From NCBI GenBank assembly GCA_905198835.1, contig CAJKDY010000001.1, forward strand, positions 150,263 through 214,262: 64,000 nt of DNA, given 5' to 3'. The notes below the pieces were generated by a model. The model saw nothing but the letters and a program-made list of their open reading frames with translations. It did no database searches and was not told the DNA's origin. Made by a program: the position numbers and the translations under genes. The stretch's first letter is position 1, and every line of letters starts with the position of its first letter. The stretch is from an uncultured Eubacteriales bacterium. Its GTDB lineage: Bacteria > Bacillota > Clostridia > Oscillospirales > Oscillospiraceae. Positions 63,329 to 64,000 of this stretch are shown piece after piece.

Positions 63329-64000
63329 TTACTCCGCGGAGATCATATAGTAGTATACCGGCTGACCGCCGCTGAGGAGGCTGATCTCGGCGTTGGGGCA
63401 CTCCGTTTCAAAGATGGCCTGGGCTTTTTGGGCGTCTTCTTCGGTGACGTCGGAGCCGTAAATGACGGTGATGAACTCCGCCTCCTGCTGGGGCTTATCC
63501 TGGGCCAGCTTGGTGAGCAGGGCGTAGAGGTCGGTGTCGGTGCCAAAGAGCTTGTGCTCGGAGAGGGCCATGTAGTCCCCTTCATGGATGTCAAAGCCGT
63601 CAAAGTCGCTGTCCCGGGCGGCGTAGGTGACCTCGCTGGTGTGGACGTGACCGATGGCCTCCAGCATGGCGGCGGTGTTGTCCTCCTCCGTGCCGTCGGG
63701 CAGAGCGGCCAGCAGGGCGGAGATGCCCTGGGGCACGGTCTTGGTGGGGATGACCACCACCTTTTTGTCCTCGCACAGAGGGACGCATTGCTGAGCGGCC
63801 ATGATAATGTTGCCGTTGTTGGGCAGGACGTAGACCACCCTGGCAGGGGTCCTGCGGATCTGCTTCATGATGTCCTCGGTGGAGGGGTTCATGGTCTGGC
63901 CCCCGGAGATGACGCCGTCGGCGCCCAGGTCCTTGAAGGTGGCCGCCAGACCGTCTCCGGCGCAGACCGCCACAAAGCCGATCTCCTTTTCGGGCTCAGC
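63329..64000 (-). CDS. C-terminal part of a DAK2-domain fusion protein YloV / fatty-acid kinase FakA-like gene (3'-partial; the N-terminus lies beyond the window end).
   Basis: The reading frame stays open to the window edge (...EKEIGFVAVCAGDGLAATF...). Motifs VVYVLPNNGNIIMAAQQ and VVVIPTKTVPQGISALLA are typical of the FakA/YloV C-terminal region. The assignment is from memory. Confidence 0.55.
   Translation of the reverse strand, partial: AEPEKEIGFVAVCAGDGLAATFKDLGADGVISGGQTMNPSTEDIMKQIRRTPARVVYVLPNNGNIIMAAQQCVPLCEDKKVVVIPTKTVPQGISALLAALPDGTEEDNTAAMLEAIGHVHTSEVTYAARDSDFDGFDIHEGDYMALSEHKLFGTDTDLYALLTKLAQDKPQQEAEFITVIYGSDVTEEDAQKAQAIFETECPNAEISLLSGGQPVYYYMISAE

Noticed and set aside
1-64000. 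CRISPR arrays, rRNA/tRNA genes, transposases/integrases or prophage genes
   Set aside because: There are no regularly spaced direct repeats with unique spacers, no rRNA/tRNA-like structures beyond one degenerate T-loop fragment, and no recombinase-like ORFs. The DNA-level repeats present are in-frame coding repeats of the giant genes.

Overview
High-GC (~62%) Firmicutes/Clostridia-type chromosomal window with ordinary housekeeping genes in its 3' third and an unusual 42 kb block at its 5' end.

That block (1-42.7 kb) holds four co-oriented, tandem giant secreted-protein genes: one 5'-truncated gene of at least 3341 aa, then 2045 aa, 3506 aa and 5179 aa. Genes 2-4 have Sec signal peptides and no sortase motif; gene 1 is truncated before its N-terminus. 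The proteins are built from Ig-like and beta-sandwich repeats. Genes 2, 3 and 4 each carry a cohesin-like module. Genes 1, 2 and 4 carry C-terminal dockerin-like Ca-binding loops (DxNxDGxxDxxD), and gene 3 has a single such loop mid-protein. Gene 3 ends in a Big_2 domain followed by three SLH cell-wall-anchoring repeats. No glycoside-hydrolase-like catalytic region was recognised. My main hypothesis is an enzyme-free, cohesin-dockerin-assembled giant surface fibre or adhesin complex anchored through the SLH protein. A single strong sigma-A promoter at 10181-10209 probably drives genes 2-4 as one transcript of about 32 kb.

Downstream (42.8-64 kb) lie ilvE and an aspartate carbamoyltransferase with a fused PyrI-type zinc domain. 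This PyrB gene heads a tightly coupled pyrB-comEC-holA-Toprim-hemW-SLH/NAGPA-WYL gene string. Next comes a divergent redox pair: rubrerythrin plus an unlisted 58-aa BFD-like [2Fe-2S] ORF, with a palindromic operator, opposite a TIGR04255-like gene. An infC-rpmI-rplT operon follows with a promoter and leader attenuator. The remaining genes are a NifU/IscU-like plus GGGtGRT pair, an NCS2 uracil/xanthine permease, ychF, an XRE regulator with a small divergent ORF, and the 3' part of a yloV/fakA-like gene running off the window end.

I saw no rRNA, tRNA, CRISPR array, transposase or integrase. All coordinates of small motifs were read by eye and may be off by a few nt.
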